The position numbers were made by a program, and so were the translations under genes. A stretch of DNA of 64,000 nucleotides from Candidatus Yanofskybacteria bacterium RIFCSPHIGHO2_01_FULL_43_32 (GTDB taxonomy: Bacteria; Patescibacteriota; Minisyncoccia; 2-02-FULL-40-12; GWA2-44-9): positions 172,514 through 236,513 of the forward strand of contig MGJF01000002.1 of NCBI GenBank assembly GCA_001794125.1, written 5' to 3'. The first letter of the stretch is position 1, and every line of letters starts with the position of its first letter. Shown here in pieces: positions 7,927-18,463 of the stretch. The notes beneath the pieces were generated by a model. It saw nothing but the letters and a program-made list of their open reading frames with translations, ran no database searches and was not told where the DNA came from.

Positions 7927-10293
7927 TTGTCGATATTCATTCTGATAATTTATCTTGTGGTCGTGGCGATAATATTCATTGCCGGGTTAGTGTTGGTCGG
8001 TTCATTCAGAACAAAGGGCGGTATTGCCAGAGCGTTGAATATGTCCTTATTTTTAATCAGCGTTCCGCGGGAGGACCCTTCGGCAGGCTCAGGGCAAGCT
8101 CAAAGGACAGAGAAAGAGATAATATCGGTCATGGAACAGCTTTATTCCTCGTTTACCAATCTTCACGCTAAGGGCTGGAACAAATTTATTTACGGGGAAC
8201 CGTATATTTCTTTGGAAATGGGAGTTCACCATGTGGGCGAGGAAATAAATTTTTACATGGCGGTGCCCCGAAGCTATGAGCAGATTTTTGAGAAACAGGT
8301 GAACGGATTTTTTCCCGCGGCTCAAGTGGAGAGAATTAAAGACTACAATATTTTCAATTCCCAAGGAGTTTCTTTGGGGGCATATTTAAAATTAAAAAAT
8401 AATTCAATTCTGCCCTTTAAAACATACCAATCGCTTCAGTCCGACCCTCTTAGCGGACTGGCAACGGCTCTTTCCAAGCTTCAAAAAGAAGGCGAAGGAG
8501 CGGCAATCCAGATACTCATCAGACCTACGCATCAGGACGATTTAAGAAAATTAGCGCAGAAGACCGCCAAAGAAATGCAATCGGGGTTTAATTTCTCCAA
8601 AGCATTGTCTTTAGCAAAGAATCCGCCCAAGAAACTTAAAGCGGGCGAAGCGGAACCGGAACGGCCCAAGGCCATAACGCCTTTTGAAGAGGAGGTCGTC
8701 AAGGGAATTCAAAGCAAGGCATCCAAGCCGTTATTTGACGCTAATATCAGAATAATAGTTTCCGCTCCTGATGAAGGACGGGCGAGCCAGCTCCTCAACG
8801 ATTTGTCCGGCGCTTTTGTCCAATTTTCGTCCAATGATATGAATAGTTTGCAGCTCATGAAATTAAAAGGAAGCGCTCTTGAAAAATTCCTGTTTAATTT
8901 TTCTTTCCGGCTTTTTGACAATTATCAGACGGCTCTTTTATCCAGTGAAGAAGTAACCAGTTTGTTTCATTTTCCTTTAGGCACTACTTTGGCGCCGAGA
9001 ATTAAGTTTTTGAAATCAAAACCGTCGGAACCCCCGCCGAACCTGCCCCAGGAGGGAATAATATTGGGCAGAAATATTTTCAGAGGCATCGAAAGCCCGA
9101 TAAGGATGACCGAAAGCGACCGGAGGAGGCATTTTTATCTGTTGGGACAGACCGGAACCGGCAAATCAACCTTGATGGAGAACATGATCTATCAGGATAT
9201 TTTGAACGGCGATGGAGTTGCTTTTATTGACCCTCACGGCACCGCGATAGAGAGGATTTTGGGACTAATACCGCCGGAAAGAATAAACGATGTTATAATT
9301 TTTGACCCGGCCGATGTGGCAAGACCCTTGGGTTTAAACATGCTGGAATTTGATCCCAATTTCCCCGAACAAAAAACCTTCATCGTGAACGAAATACTCG
9401 GGATTTTCCAAAAATTATTTTTGGCTGAAACAATGGGTCCGATGTTCGACCAGTATTTCAGGAACGCGATGCTTCTTTTGATGGATGATTACGCCAACGA
9501 AATTCCGACATTGGTGAATATTCCCCGTGTTTTAACAGACGATGTTTATAGGCGGGATAAATTATCAAGAGAAACGAATCCAATTGTTAAAAATTTCTGG
9601 GAATTGGAGGCCGAGAAAGCCGGAGGCGAAGCCGCTTTAGCCAACATGGCTCCTTATATCACCTCCAAAATAAACGGCTTTATCGCAAATGAATTTTTGA
9701 GGCCCATTCTGTCTCAGCAAAAAAGCGCTTTTAATTTCCGCGAACTGATGGACTCAAGGAAAATTCTGCTTGTAAATCTTTCAAAAGGAAGAATAGGCGA
9801 TATCAACGCCGGTTTACTGGGCATGATTATTGTCGGTAAGATATTGATTGCCGCTTTGTCGCGTGTTAACGCGCCTGAAAACCAGCGGCCCGATTTTTAT
9901 CTGTATATTGACGAGTTTCAGAATTTTACGACTGACAGTATTTCCACGATTTTAGCCGAGGCCCGTAAATACCGGCTGAACCTTACTATTGCCAATCAAT
10001 TCATCAAACAGCTGGTTGATAAGATTCGCGATGCCGTATTCGGAAATGTCGGTTCAATGGCCGTATTCAGAGTAGGCACCGATGACGCTGAATTTTTGAA
10101 AAATCAATTTGAACCGGTTTTCAGTCCCCAAGACCTTTTGAATATTGATAACTTCAACTGCTATGTTAAATTATTGATTAATAATCAGACAGCGCGGCCG
10201 TTTAACGTTAAAATAGACCCGCCGCCTGCGGCGAATCCGGAATTAGCGTCGCAACTGAAAGAAATGTCGCGGCAGAAATATGCGATTCACTAA
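7927..10293 (+). CDS. VirD4/TraD/HerA-like P-loop ATPase (type IV secretion coupling-like)
   Basis: Walker A GQTGTGKS, IDPHG, Walker B LYIDEFQNF, EARKYRL, N-terminal TM. Confidence 0.85.
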   Translation: MSIFILIIYLVVVAIIFIAGLVLVGSFRTKGGIARALNMSLFLISVPREDPSAGSGQAQRTEKEIISVMEQLYSSFTNLHAKGWNKFIYGEPYISLEMGVHHVGEEINFYMAVPRSYEQIFEKQVNGFFPAAQVERIKDYNIFNSQGVSLGAYLKLKNNSILPFKTYQSLQSDPLSGLATALSKLQKEGEGAAIQILIRPTHQDDLRKLAQKTAKEMQSGFNFSKALSLAKNPPKKLKAGEAEPERPKAITPFEEEVVKGIQSKASKPLFDANIRIIVSAPDEGRASQLLNDLSGAFVQFSSNDMNSLQLMKLKGSALEKFLFNFSFRLFDNYQTALLSSEEVTSLFHFPLGTTLAPRIKFLKSKPSEPPPNLPQEGIILGRNIFRGIESPIRMTESDRRRHFYLLGQTGTGKSTLMENMIYQDILNGDGVAFIDPHGTAIERILGLIPPERINDVIIFDPADVARPLGLNMLEFDPNFPEQKTFIVNEILGIFQKLFLAETMGPMFDQYFRNAMLLLMDDYANEIPTLVNIPRVLTDDVYRRDKLSRETNPIVKNFWELEAEKAGGEAALANMAPYITSKINGFIANEFLRPILSQQKSAFNFRELMDSRKILLVNLSKGRIGDINAGLLGMIIVGKILIAALSRVNAPENQRPDFYLYIDEFQNFTTDSISTILAEARKYRLNLTIANQFIKQLVDKIRDAVFGNVGSMAVFRVGTDDAEFLKNQFEPVFSPQDLLNIDNFNCYVKLLINNQTARPFNVKIDPPPAANPELASQLKEMSRQKYAIH

Positions 10294-10903
10294 AAAAGAT
10301 TTTTATTTCAGTGTTATTACCGGTTGTATTACCGGTTTTTCGGCTTGGAGAATTTTTGAATATTTAGCAATAAGCGAATTCGGGGGGCACTCTTTTGTCT
10401 GGTTTTTGCTGATTGTGCCGGTCTTATGGATATTAGGCGTTAATTTCGGATATTTTCTCGGCGGATGGTTCGGATTTTTTAATCAATTCGGCAAATTCGC
10501 CGCCATAGGATTTACCAACGCGGCGGTGGATTTCGGTGTTCTGAACCTCTTGATTGCCAATACGGGAATATCGTCCGGAGGGTGGTATCCTGTTTTCAAG
10601 GGAATATCTTTTATGTCTGCCATTATCCCGAGTTATTTTTGGAATAAATACTGGGCGTTTGAGGGCAGTCCTTCGACTGGCTCAGAATCTTCGAGCGGAG
10701 GATTTGAATTTGCCAAATTCATGAGCGTTGCCGTTGTGGCTATATTCATAAATATAGGTACCGCGTCCTTGATTGTGAACTATGTTAATCCGTTAGGAGG
10801 ATTAAGTCCTGCGGTCTGGGCAAATGCCGGAGCCGTCGTCGGTTCGGCAGTTGCTCTGATATTTAGTTTTGTCGGGTTTAAATTAGCCGTCTTCAAAAAA
10901 TAA
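10280..10903 (+). CDS. GtrA-family membrane protein
   Basis: QFGKFAAIGFTNAAVDFGVLNLL, SYFWNKYWAF. Confidence 0.85.
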   Translation: MRFTKKDFYFSVITGCITGFSAWRIFEYLAISEFGGHSFVWFLLIVPVLWILGVNFGYFLGGWFGFFNQFGKFAAIGFTNAAVDFGVLNLLIANTGISSGGWYPVFKGISFMSAIIPSYFWNKYWAFEGSPSTGSESSSGGFEFAKFMSVAVVAIFINIGTASLIVNYVNPLGGLSPAVWANAGAVVGSAVALIFSFVGFKLAVFKK

Positions 10904-10975
10904 CCTCTTCCAGGAAACTTGACATAAATTACTAAGGGTGATATCTTGTTTTTAGTTCTGAATAAAGGAGGCGCC

Positions 10976-11203
10976 ATGATACTACACAAGAGGTTTCGCG
11001 GGTTGCATGTCTTTATTCTCGCGATATGTGTTCTTTTTGCAGTATCTCTCTGGAAGACATGCTTCAACGGTTCCGATCTGTCCGGATGGTGGATGGCTGG
11101 GTTGTGGTATAGCATGTTTCAAGGGGCTGTTGCCATTGCTCACTTGGTAGACCTGGCGGAAGGTAACCTATGCGTGTGGTTGGGTCCAGAGAATACCCTT
11201 TAG
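10976..11203 (+). CDS. Small hypothetical membrane protein
   Basis: SD AAGGAGG, upstream TTGACA, downstream hairpin and T-tract, hydrophobic. Confidence 0.55.
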   Translation: MILHKRFRGLHVFILAICVLFAVSLWKTCFNGSDLSGWWMAGLWYSMFQGAVAIAHLVDLAEGNLCVWLGPENTL

Positions 11204-11284
11204 TTTTACCTCGCATATGATAATCCTCGCACTTCGTCTTGTGCGGGGCTTTTTTATTTTTATAAATTGGGATAAGATAGCGGT

Positions 11285-12337
11285 ATGTTGTATCGGAAAT
11301 ACAGGCCGCAGACATTTGCCCAAGTCGTCGGGCAGGAGCATGTAGTCAAAACACTGAAGGGAGCGTTATCAACTGGCCGGATAGGCCACGCTTATTTATT
11401 TACCGGACCGAGGGGGACGGGCAAAACAACTTTGGCAAGGATTTTTGCCAAGGCATTGAACTGCGCCAAGCGCGATAAAGACGGCGACCCTGATAATTCC
11501 TGTCCAAGCTGTCTCACGACCAACGAAGGCCGTTCTTTGGACTTGATAGAAATAGATGCCGCCTCAAATAGAGGCATAGACGAGATAAGAAATCTTAAAG
11601 AATCGGCTCTTGTAGCGGCTCCGTCGGGGGGGTACAAGGTTTTTGTCATTGACGAGGTTCACATGCTTACCAAAGATGCTTTTAACGCTTTACTGAAAAT
11701 TCTTGAAGAACCGCCAAGCCATGTTGTCTTTGTTCTTGCCACCACCGAACCGCACAAAATTCTGCCGACAGTTCTTTCTCGTGTCCAACGATTTGATTTC
11801 AGACGCCTGACACCGAGCCAGATTTTCACAAAACTTAAAGAAGTAGCCATGGCCGAAAAAATCAATATAGAAGACGAGGGCCTGAAAGCGATTGCCGTTT
11901 CTTCCGACGGCGCGCTACGAGATGCGGAAGTTTCTCTTTCAAAACTTCGTTCATATCAGGGCAAAATAACCGTTGACGATGTAACCAGCGCTCTCGGATT
12001 GGTTCCTTTCAGATATCATTCCGAATTTATGGGTTATCTCGTTGCCGATGACAAAGTTTCAGCTCTCAACTTTATTCAAAGAATTCACGAGTCGGGAGTT
12101 GACTTAGAACATTTCACAAAAGATTTTATTGAATACGTCAGGAGGGTTTTGATGTTTAAAATAAACCCGGCAGTTTTAACGGCAATCGGGGAAGAGTCTG
12201 TTCAAAACTGGCAGATTGACGGATCTAAACTTGTAAAAATAATGAATCTTTTTATTTCGGCCCGGAACGAAATTAAAACTTCGCCGGTGGTTCAACTGCC
12301 GCTGGAATTAGCGGTATTGGAATTATTGCAACCTTAA
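11285..12337 (+). CDS. dnaX: DNA polymerase III subunit gamma/tau
   Basis: LYRKYRPQTF, GPRGTGKTT, EIDAASNRGIDEIR, IDEVHML. Confidence 0.97.
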   Translation: MLYRKYRPQTFAQVVGQEHVVKTLKGALSTGRIGHAYLFTGPRGTGKTTLARIFAKALNCAKRDKDGDPDNSCPSCLTTNEGRSLDLIEIDAASNRGIDEIRNLKESALVAAPSGGYKVFVIDEVHMLTKDAFNALLKILEEPPSHVVFVLATTEPHKILPTVLSRVQRFDFRRLTPSQIFTKLKEVAMAEKINIEDEGLKAIAVSSDGALRDAEVSLSKLRSYQGKITVDDVTSALGLVPFRYHSEFMGYLVADDKVSALNFIQRIHESGVDLEHFTKDFIEYVRRVLMFKINPAVLTAIGEESVQNWQIDGSKLVKIMNLFISARNEIKTSPVVQLPLELAVLELLQP

Positions 12338-13032
12338 TGATTTCGGATAAAAACGCTCAACCGAATATATCTTGCGTCATTCCTGTTTACAACGAAGGCC
12401 GGAGGGCGCTTGATGTGATAAATGCCGTTTTGGGGCACGATAATGTTGATGAGGTTATTGTTGTTAATGACGGATCTACCGATAATTCCGAATTCGCGCT
12501 CAAAGAAATAAAAGGAATTGAATTAATCTCCTATCCTCAAAACAAAGGGAAAAGCCATGCGGTTATGCTGGGCTTTAAAAAGGCCAAAAACAACATGGTT
12601 CTCATGCTTGATGCCGATTTGACCGGATTGGACAAAGAAAGCATAACCGCTCTTATTAAACCGGTGCTGGAAAACAAAGCGGATATAAGCATCAGCTTGC
12701 GCCGCAATAGTCTGCTTTTCTACAGATTATTGGGTCTGGATTTTGTTTCGGGCGAGCGAATTTTTAAAAAAGATATCATAGAAGACCTCGATGAGCTTGA
12801 TAAGCTGAGCGGATTTGAACTGGAGAGTTTTTTAAATAAAATAATAATCCGCAAAAAGATGCGAATCAGGGTTGTTAAATGGAACAAGGTGGGAATAACC
12901 AGAAAATCTGATAAGGTTGGTTTTTGGCGCGGAGTTGCCGGAGATTTTAAAATGGCTATGGAGATAATTTGCTTCCTGAAGATAATAGGCCCGGTCAAGC
13001 AGATTGCGTCGATGATTTCTCTGAAAGTTTAA
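12337..13032 (+). CDS. Glycosyltransferase family 2
   Basis: VIPVYNE, VVNDGSTD, DAD motif. Confidence 0.9.
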   Translation: MISDKNAQPNISCVIPVYNEGRRALDVINAVLGHDNVDEVIVVNDGSTDNSEFALKEIKGIELISYPQNKGKSHAVMLGFKKAKNNMVLMLDADLTGLDKESITALIKPVLENKADISISLRRNSLLFYRLLGLDFVSGERIFKKDIIEDLDELDKLSGFELESFLNKIIIRKKMRIRVVKWNKVGITRKSDKVGFWRGVAGDFKMAMEIICFLKIIGPVKQIASMISLKV

Positions 13033-14045
13033 GACGTGCGGATCGGCGTCAAATTCGCCAATAAATTCTCGGACCAACTGTCAGATGAATATTTGAGAGC
13101 TTTTTCTCTGCAATTTTCCGGATTTAACCCCAAACATTTAACGGCGTTGTTTTGCAGATCATCTCCCACACAGCCGTCTGTTCCCTGTGTGATAATATCC
13201 CGCGGCCCCGGTTCATCAAAAGCGGCTATCGGCAAACCACAGGCCAAAGCCTCAAGCATAGCAATACAGAAAGTTTCGGTTCTGGACGGGAGCACAAAAA
13301 CATCGCAAACCGAAAGCAAATCTACGAGTTCTTGGCCCTTTTTATATCCGACAAATTTTGCTCGGCCGGCAAAATTCCGCTCGAGCGATTGCCTGTTCGG
13401 ACCGTCTCCGATAACAAGTTTGCGGCCCGGAAGGTCGCATCTTAAAAAGGCTTCCAGATTCTTCTCGGACGCGAGTCTTCCCAAATAAACAAAAATAGGT
13501 TTTTTTAAACCGGCGGGGATTGCGGCATTTGGATTTCTTTTGAATAAATTCGTGTCTACGCCCAAGGGCAAGACCGTCAGATGTTTGAAGCCGTTCTCTT
13601 TTAAGGTTTTTTCCAAAGAAACTGTGGTTACAAAAGTTCTTTGGCTGGCGTTATGAAACCACCTTAAATATTTGTAGGCCAAATCTTTAAATGTTCCTGT
13701 TCTGATCTGAATATATTCCGGCCACTGGGTATAGTAATACGAAGTGAATTTCCAATTATTCTTGACGCAGATCATCCTTGCCGCAAGTCCCAACGGCCCT
13801 TCCGTGGCGATATGGATATAATCGGGCCTTTCTTTTTGAAGAATGTCTTCCATCTGCTTTCGCGTTAAAAGAGAAAGTTTGATTTCCGAATAGGTCGGCA
13901 GGGGCACTGTTTTAAATTCGCCGGGGTGTATCACTTTTACGTCAAACCTTTTTGACATAAGATATTTTTGGACCTGCAAAAGACTTGTGACTACGCCGTT
14001 AACGCTGTCGCTCCAGGTATCGGTTACGATTACTATTTTAGGCAT
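13029..14045 (-). CDS. Glycosyltransferase family 4 (GT-B)
   Basis: NGVVTS, HIATEGPLG, GRLASEKNL, ETFCIAMLEALACG. Confidence 0.9.
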   Translation of the reverse strand: MPKIVIVTDTWSDSVNGVVTSLLQVQKYLMSKRFDVKVIHPGEFKTVPLPTYSEIKLSLLTRKQMEDILQKERPDYIHIATEGPLGLAARMICVKNNWKFTSYYYTQWPEYIQIRTGTFKDLAYKYLRWFHNASQRTFVTTVSLEKTLKENGFKHLTVLPLGVDTNLFKRNPNAAIPAGLKKPIFVYLGRLASEKNLEAFLRCDLPGRKLVIGDGPNRQSLERNFAGRAKFVGYKKGQELVDLLSVCDVFVLPSRTETFCIAMLEALACGLPIAAFDEPGPRDIITQGTDGCVGDDLQNNAVKCLGLNPENCREKALKYSSDSWSENLLANLTPIRTS

Positions 14046-14061
14046 TTTATGTTTGACCGGT

Positions 14062-14676
14062 TTAAATTTTTTCTATTTTGTCGGCGATGCGGCAAGATAT
14101 TTTCTTGTAAACGCGGAAAGCGACAACAGCCAAAATAATAATGAAAATTACGGCAAAACCATAATTGCCGTAGTAAGCGATTAAATCGTACAAATTGCCG
14201 AAATAGTAGCCCATTGCGATGAAAAAAATAGATTTGGGCAGGGTGATGGACAAAGATGTCGCGATGAATTTTCTTAACGGCATTTTGGTGGAGCCGACAA
14301 GCATTAATCCGGGAGCGGGGGTTATCGGATTTAACTTTAAAGCGAGGAGAGTTTTAACGGGGTGGTTGTTAAGAAGCTTATCAATTTTTTCAAGACGTTC
14401 TTTTGATAATCCGAATTTGTGGCCGAAACGTTCCACTAATTTCATTCTGCCCCAGTAGCCCATGGCATAATAAATAGTGTCTCCTATTGCGTCTCCGAGG
14501 AGAGAAAGAATAAAAATATAAAACAGATTAAAGTAGCCCGATACGGCCGCAAATGCCGCCGCCGAGGCGATAATCGGCCCCTCGATCACCATCGCTATTA
14601 AAATAATCCAATAGCCGTGGTCCGATGTCCATTGAACTGCGCCGGAAAAATTGCTTGAGTTAAATAAAATATCCAT
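14062..14676 (-). CDS. DedA/VTT-domain membrane protein
   Basis: IEGPI, GDAIGDTIYYAMG. Start set at the ATG downstream of tRNA-Gln. Confidence 0.85.
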   Translation of the reverse strand: MDILFNSSNFSGAVQWTSDHGYWIILIAMVIEGPIIASAAAFAAVSGYFNLFYIFILSLLGDAIGDTIYYAMGYWGRMKLVERFGHKFGLSKERLEKIDKLLNNHPVKTLLALKLNPITPAPGLMLVGSTKMPLRKFIATSLSITLPKSIFFIAMGYYFGNLYDLIAYYGNYGFAVIFIIILAVVAFRVYKKISCRIADKIEKI

Positions 14677-14679
14677 TTG

Positions 14680-14750
14680 CTGCGGGGCTTGGATTCGGAC
14701 CAAGATAAACGGCTTCAAAGGCCGCTGTCCTACCATTAGACGACCCCGCA
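14680..14750 (-). tRNA. tRNA-Gln(UUG)
   Basis: Cloverleaf TGCGGGG...CCCCGCA-G, anticodon loop CTTTGAA, T-loop TCCGAAT. Confidence 0.93.
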
Positions 14751-14871
14751 AAACTAATCAAGCGCTGAGCTATTTTAACACGAAATTTGCCCCTTTCCAA
14801 ATAAACCGAGGCTTCCGGTCCCTTATCCACAGCTTAGATTTTTACCGCCTTTTTTGTGTTAAAATTAAAAT

Positions 14872-15312
14872 ATGAACAATCAATTAAAAATGGCGGTGTT
14901 TTTATCAAGAGTCGCACTTGGCGTATTATTTTTTTACGCCGGAATAACAAAAGTCCTGAATCCCAACTGGTCGGCTGCGGGATATTTGAATAGCGCTAAA
15001 ACATTCCCCGGCCTTTTCCAATGGTTCGCAAGTGCGGGCAATCTTGGCTGGATCAATTTTGTTAATGAATGGGGGCTAACTCTTATCGGCTTGGCTCTTC
15101 TTGCCGGCTTGTTGGTAAGGTGGGCATCGCTCGGAGGCATACTTTTGATGATTTTATACTACCTGCCCATATTGCAATTTCCATACGCGGGCGAGCATTC
15201 GTTTCTGGTGGATGAACACATAATTTACATGACCGCTCTTTTTGTTCTTTTTGCTTCAAATGCGGGTACTTTCTGGGGATTGGATTCTTTCCTCCCAAAG
15301 CGCGGTAAATAG
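14872..15312 (+). CDS. DoxX-family membrane protein
   Basis: RVALGVLFFYAGITK, WSAAGYL, GLD near the C-terminus. Confidence 0.85.
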   Translation: MNNQLKMAVFLSRVALGVLFFYAGITKVLNPNWSAAGYLNSAKTFPGLFQWFASAGNLGWINFVNEWGLTLIGLALLAGLLVRWASLGGILLMILYYLPILQFPYAGEHSFLVDEHIIYMTALFVLFASNAGTFWGLDSFLPKRGK

Positions 15313-15321
15313 TATCAAACA

Positions 15322-15819
15322 ATGATATTAAGACCATCTTCTGCTGTAAGGAATTTCGTTTTCGGGGTTGAGGATGGTTTGGTTTCAACGGTCGGGTTGT
15401 TGTCCGGAATAGCGATCACGGGAATTTCCAGAAACTATGTAATAATGACCGGAGCTATTTTGATATTCGTTGAAGCGTTCTCAATGGCGGTCGGAAGCGT
15501 TTTGTCGGAATATTCAGTAGAGGAATATGAAAAGCGTAAAGAAACATCAATCAAAGGCTCAACTAAAAGCGGGCTGATAATGTTTTTCTCATATTTTATA
15601 TCAGGACTTATTCCGCTTTCTCCCTATGTTTTTTTGCAGAATAATAACGCTCTTACAATATCAATAGTGTTCTCAATAACAGCTCTCGGGTTTCTCGGGA
15701 TATTCAGCGGAAAAATATCGGGAACGAGTGTTTTTAGCAATATGTTGAAAATGGTAGTTCTGGGAGGCGTTGCGATAATCGTCGGTGTTGTTGTCGGCAA
15801 TGTCCTGAATGTGCCATAA
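15322..15819 (+). CDS. VIT1/CCC1 family transporter
   Basis: VFGVEDGLVST, AFSMAVG, GLIPLSPY. Confidence 0.88.
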   Translation: MILRPSSAVRNFVFGVEDGLVSTVGLLSGIAITGISRNYVIMTGAILIFVEAFSMAVGSVLSEYSVEEYEKRKETSIKGSTKSGLIMFFSYFISGLIPLSPYVFLQNNNALTISIVFSITALGFLGIFSGKISGTSVFSNMLKMVVLGGVAIIVGVVVGNVLNVP

Positions 15820-15841
15820 TAAGATAATTAACCTATTTCAC

Positions 15842-16609
15842 ATGTTTGAACTTAAAGACAAAGTCGTGTTGATTACCGGCGCGCGCCAAGGGATGGGCAA
15901 GGCCCATGCTTTGATTTTGGCGGGGCAGGGAGCGAAGGTCGTAGTGACCAACAGAACAATCGAAGGGTGTCAGACTGTTGTTGACGAGATAATTTCAAAA
16001 GGTGGCGAGGCGGTATGTTTTGGAATGGATGTCACCGATAAAGCCGAGATTGACCGGGTTTTTGATGAAATTATAAAAAAATACGGCCGGTTGGACATTC
16101 TTGTCAATAACGCCGGAATATTTGTGCCTAAACCGGCATTGGAAATTACAGAAGAAGAATGGAACAAAATGATAGACATAAACCTCAAGGGCCAATTTCT
16201 CTGCACGCAAAGAGCCGCCAAAGAGATGGCAAAAAATAAGTGGGGGCGAATCATTAACATATCTTCCATTGCTTCAGGTGGTGCCGGGATTGGTTTTTCG
16301 GGCGCGGCTCATTATTCTGCCTCAAAAGGAGGTATAATCGGCATGACGGAGACATTAGCCGCCGAATGGGCGGAGTTGGGTATCAATGTTAATGTTATTG
16401 CCCCCGGAGCCATCGATACTCCTATGGTCCGCGAGCCGGGCAAGGAACTTGGCAAGGAAATCAACGAAGAAATTATGCTCCGGGTTCCGCTCAAAAGAAT
16501 CGGCAGACCCGAAGAGGTCTCGGCGATGGTAGTGTTTTTAGCTTCTGAAGAGGCGAGTTACGTCACCGGCGCGACTTTCTATGTAGACGGCGGCTGGTTA
16601 GCCAGTTAG
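15842..16609 (+). CDS. Short-chain dehydrogenase/reductase (FabG-like)
   Basis: TGARQGMG, NNAG, YSASK, VDGG. Confidence 0.92.
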   Translation: MFELKDKVVLITGARQGMGKAHALILAGQGAKVVVTNRTIEGCQTVVDEIISKGGEAVCFGMDVTDKAEIDRVFDEIIKKYGRLDILVNNAGIFVPKPALEITEEEWNKMIDINLKGQFLCTQRAAKEMAKNKWGRIINISSIASGGAGIGFSGAAHYSASKGGIIGMTETLAAEWAELGINVNVIAPGAIDTPMVREPGKELGKEINEEIMLRVPLKRIGRPEEVSAMVVFLASEEASYVTGATFYVDGGWLAS

Positions 16610-16615
16610 AAAACC

Positions 16616-17008
16616 ATGGGATACGTAACAAACATTGAAAAAGATTCGTTAGAAAATAAAAACTTTAGGAAGGTTTTGTATACCGCTAAAAACAGCCAAT
16701 TGGTGGTAATGTCCCTGCTTCCAAAGGAAGAGATAGGCGAAGAGGTTCATGAGCTGGATCAATTTATAAGAGTGGAAAAAGGGCAAGGCAAAACTATTTT
16801 GAATGATGTTGAGCATGAATTAGCTGACGGTTTTGCCGTTGTGGTCCCCGCCGGAACCAAACACAATGTCGTCAATACTTCTGAAACTGAAGAAATGAAA
16901 CTCTACACTATTTATTCTCCGCCTAACCACAAGGACGGCATTATCCATGCCACTAAAGCAGAGGCAGAAACCAACGAAGAACACTTCGACGGCAAAACAA
17001 CAGAGTAA
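16616..17008 (+). CDS. Cupin-domain protein
   Basis: EIGEEVH..DQFIRVE, VPAGTKHNV, LYTIYSPPNH. Confidence 0.9.
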   Translation: MGYVTNIEKDSLENKNFRKVLYTAKNSQLVVMSLLPKEEIGEEVHELDQFIRVEKGQGKTILNDVEHELADGFAVVVPAGTKHNVVNTSETEEMKLYTIYSPPNHKDGIIHATKAEAETNEEHFDGKTTE

Positions 17009-17040
17009 TTAGGTGAACTCTCATTGCAAGCCGACTAACA

Positions 17041-17227
17041 TTGACAAAAAAGCTGTTTTGATATATACTGTATACATAACTAAATCTCTTCGGGTTTTAT
17101 TAGGGGATTGTCCCTAACGGCAAAGTTCTCAACCCCGCCCTTGAGGTCAAGAGCGGGGCAAGCTTTTTCTAAAAACTCATGAGACGATATGGTCTGTATT
17201 TTAATTTTGACCATTGTTAGAAAAAGC
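17041..17227 (+). promoter_or_regulatory. Promoter and structured 5' leader of the DEAD-box helicase gene
   Basis: TTGACA-17 nt-TATACT at 17041-17069. Hairpins TTAGGGGA/TCCCTAA and CCCCGC..CTTGA/TCAAG..GCGGGG. Confidence 0.55.
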
Positions 17228-18445
17228 ATGTCTACAAGAAATTTCAGCAACAGGGGATTCAAAACAAGAGCTTCCGGCAGACCGGCATTCAAAAGAGGAG
17301 GAAACTCTTCGCGTTTTGGCGGACGGAGCAGGAATCAGGGCGAATATATCGATCCGGCCCGGTTTATCAACAAAGCGGTCATAACTGAAGAGGTTGAACA
17401 TTTCGTTCCTGAACATAATTTTCAGGATTTTAATGTTGACCAGACAATAAAGAGAGCCATCGCATCTAAGGGTTACATTACCCCGACTCCGATTCAGGAC
17501 AGAGTTATCGCTCATATTTTGAATGGTTCCGATGTGGTCGGAATCGCAAATACCGGTACAGGCAAGACTGCCGCATTTTTGATTCCGTTGATAAATAAAG
17601 TCATTTTAAACCGCAAGGAAATGGTCTTGGTGGTGGTTCCGACCCGCGAACTTGCGTTGCAGATAGAAAGCGAATTGCAGGGTTTTACCCGCGGGATGAG
17701 AATCTTTTCTGTCTGTTGCGTCGGCGGGGCCAGCATGGGCCGCCAGATATCGCAGTTGAGAAATCAATATAACTTTATAATCGGCACTCCGGGACGATTG
17801 AAAGACCACATTGAACATGGCTTTATCCGCCTTGCAGAATTCAAGACCATTGTTTTGGATGAAGCGGACAGGATGCTTGATATGGGATTCATCAATGACA
17901 TGCGTTTTGTGATGGCCGGAATGCCCAAGGAACGGCAGACCCTTTTCTTTTCGGCCACTCTTTCCCGCGACATAGATAACCTTATCTATGAATTTCTCAG
18001 CCAGCCGGTCAAAATTTCCGTTAAGACAAGAGATACCGCAAAGAATGTGGAACAGGATGTTGTCCGCATGGACGGCAAAGACAAGCTGGAAGTTCTCCAT
18101 GATTTATTGGTTAAAAAGTCGGAATTCTGCAAAGTGCTTATTTTTGGAAGAACAAAACACGGTGTGGAACGCCTCTCAAGAAATCTTGCCCAGCGTGGAT
18201 TTAAATCCGAATCTATTCATGGCAACAAGACTCAGTCTCAACGTCAAAAAGCGCTTAATTTGTTCAAAAATAGCTATGTCCAGATTTTGGTCGCGACAGA
18301 CGTCGCCGCCCGCGGCCTTGATATCGCCGATGTCAGCCATGTCATCAACTACGACTTGCCCGCGACATACGACGATTATGTTCATCGCATCGGCCGGACC
18401 GGCCGCGCCGACAAACGCGGCAAAGCTCTCACGTTTCTCGAGTAA
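17228..18445 (+). CDS. DEAD-box RNA helicase
   Basis: Q motif PTPIQ, GTGKT, PTRELA, DEAD, SAT, ARGLD, HRIGRTGR. Confidence 0.95.
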   Translation: MSTRNFSNRGFKTRASGRPAFKRGGNSSRFGGRSRNQGEYIDPARFINKAVITEEVEHFVPEHNFQDFNVDQTIKRAIASKGYITPTPIQDRVIAHILNGSDVVGIANTGTGKTAAFLIPLINKVILNRKEMVLVVVPTRELALQIESELQGFTRGMRIFSVCCVGGASMGRQISQLRNQYNFIIGTPGRLKDHIEHGFIRLAEFKTIVLDEADRMLDMGFINDMRFVMAGMPKERQTLFFSATLSRDIDNLIYEFLSQPVKISVKTRDTAKNVEQDVVRMDGKDKLEVLHDLLVKKSEFCKVLIFGRTKHGVERLSRNLAQRGFKSESIHGNKTQSQRQKALNLFKNSYVQILVATDVAARGLDIADVSHVINYDLPATYDDYVHRIGRTGRADKRGKALTFLE

Positions 18446-18463
18446 TCATGTTAAAATTTATTC

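Noticed and set aside
7927-10293. Conjugative element or ICE
   Set aside because: No relaxase, integrase or other tra genes nearby. Such ATPases are common chromosomal genes in CPR.
14677-14751. N-terminal extension of DedA in the ORF track
   Set aside because: It is the tRNA-Gln gene read in frame.
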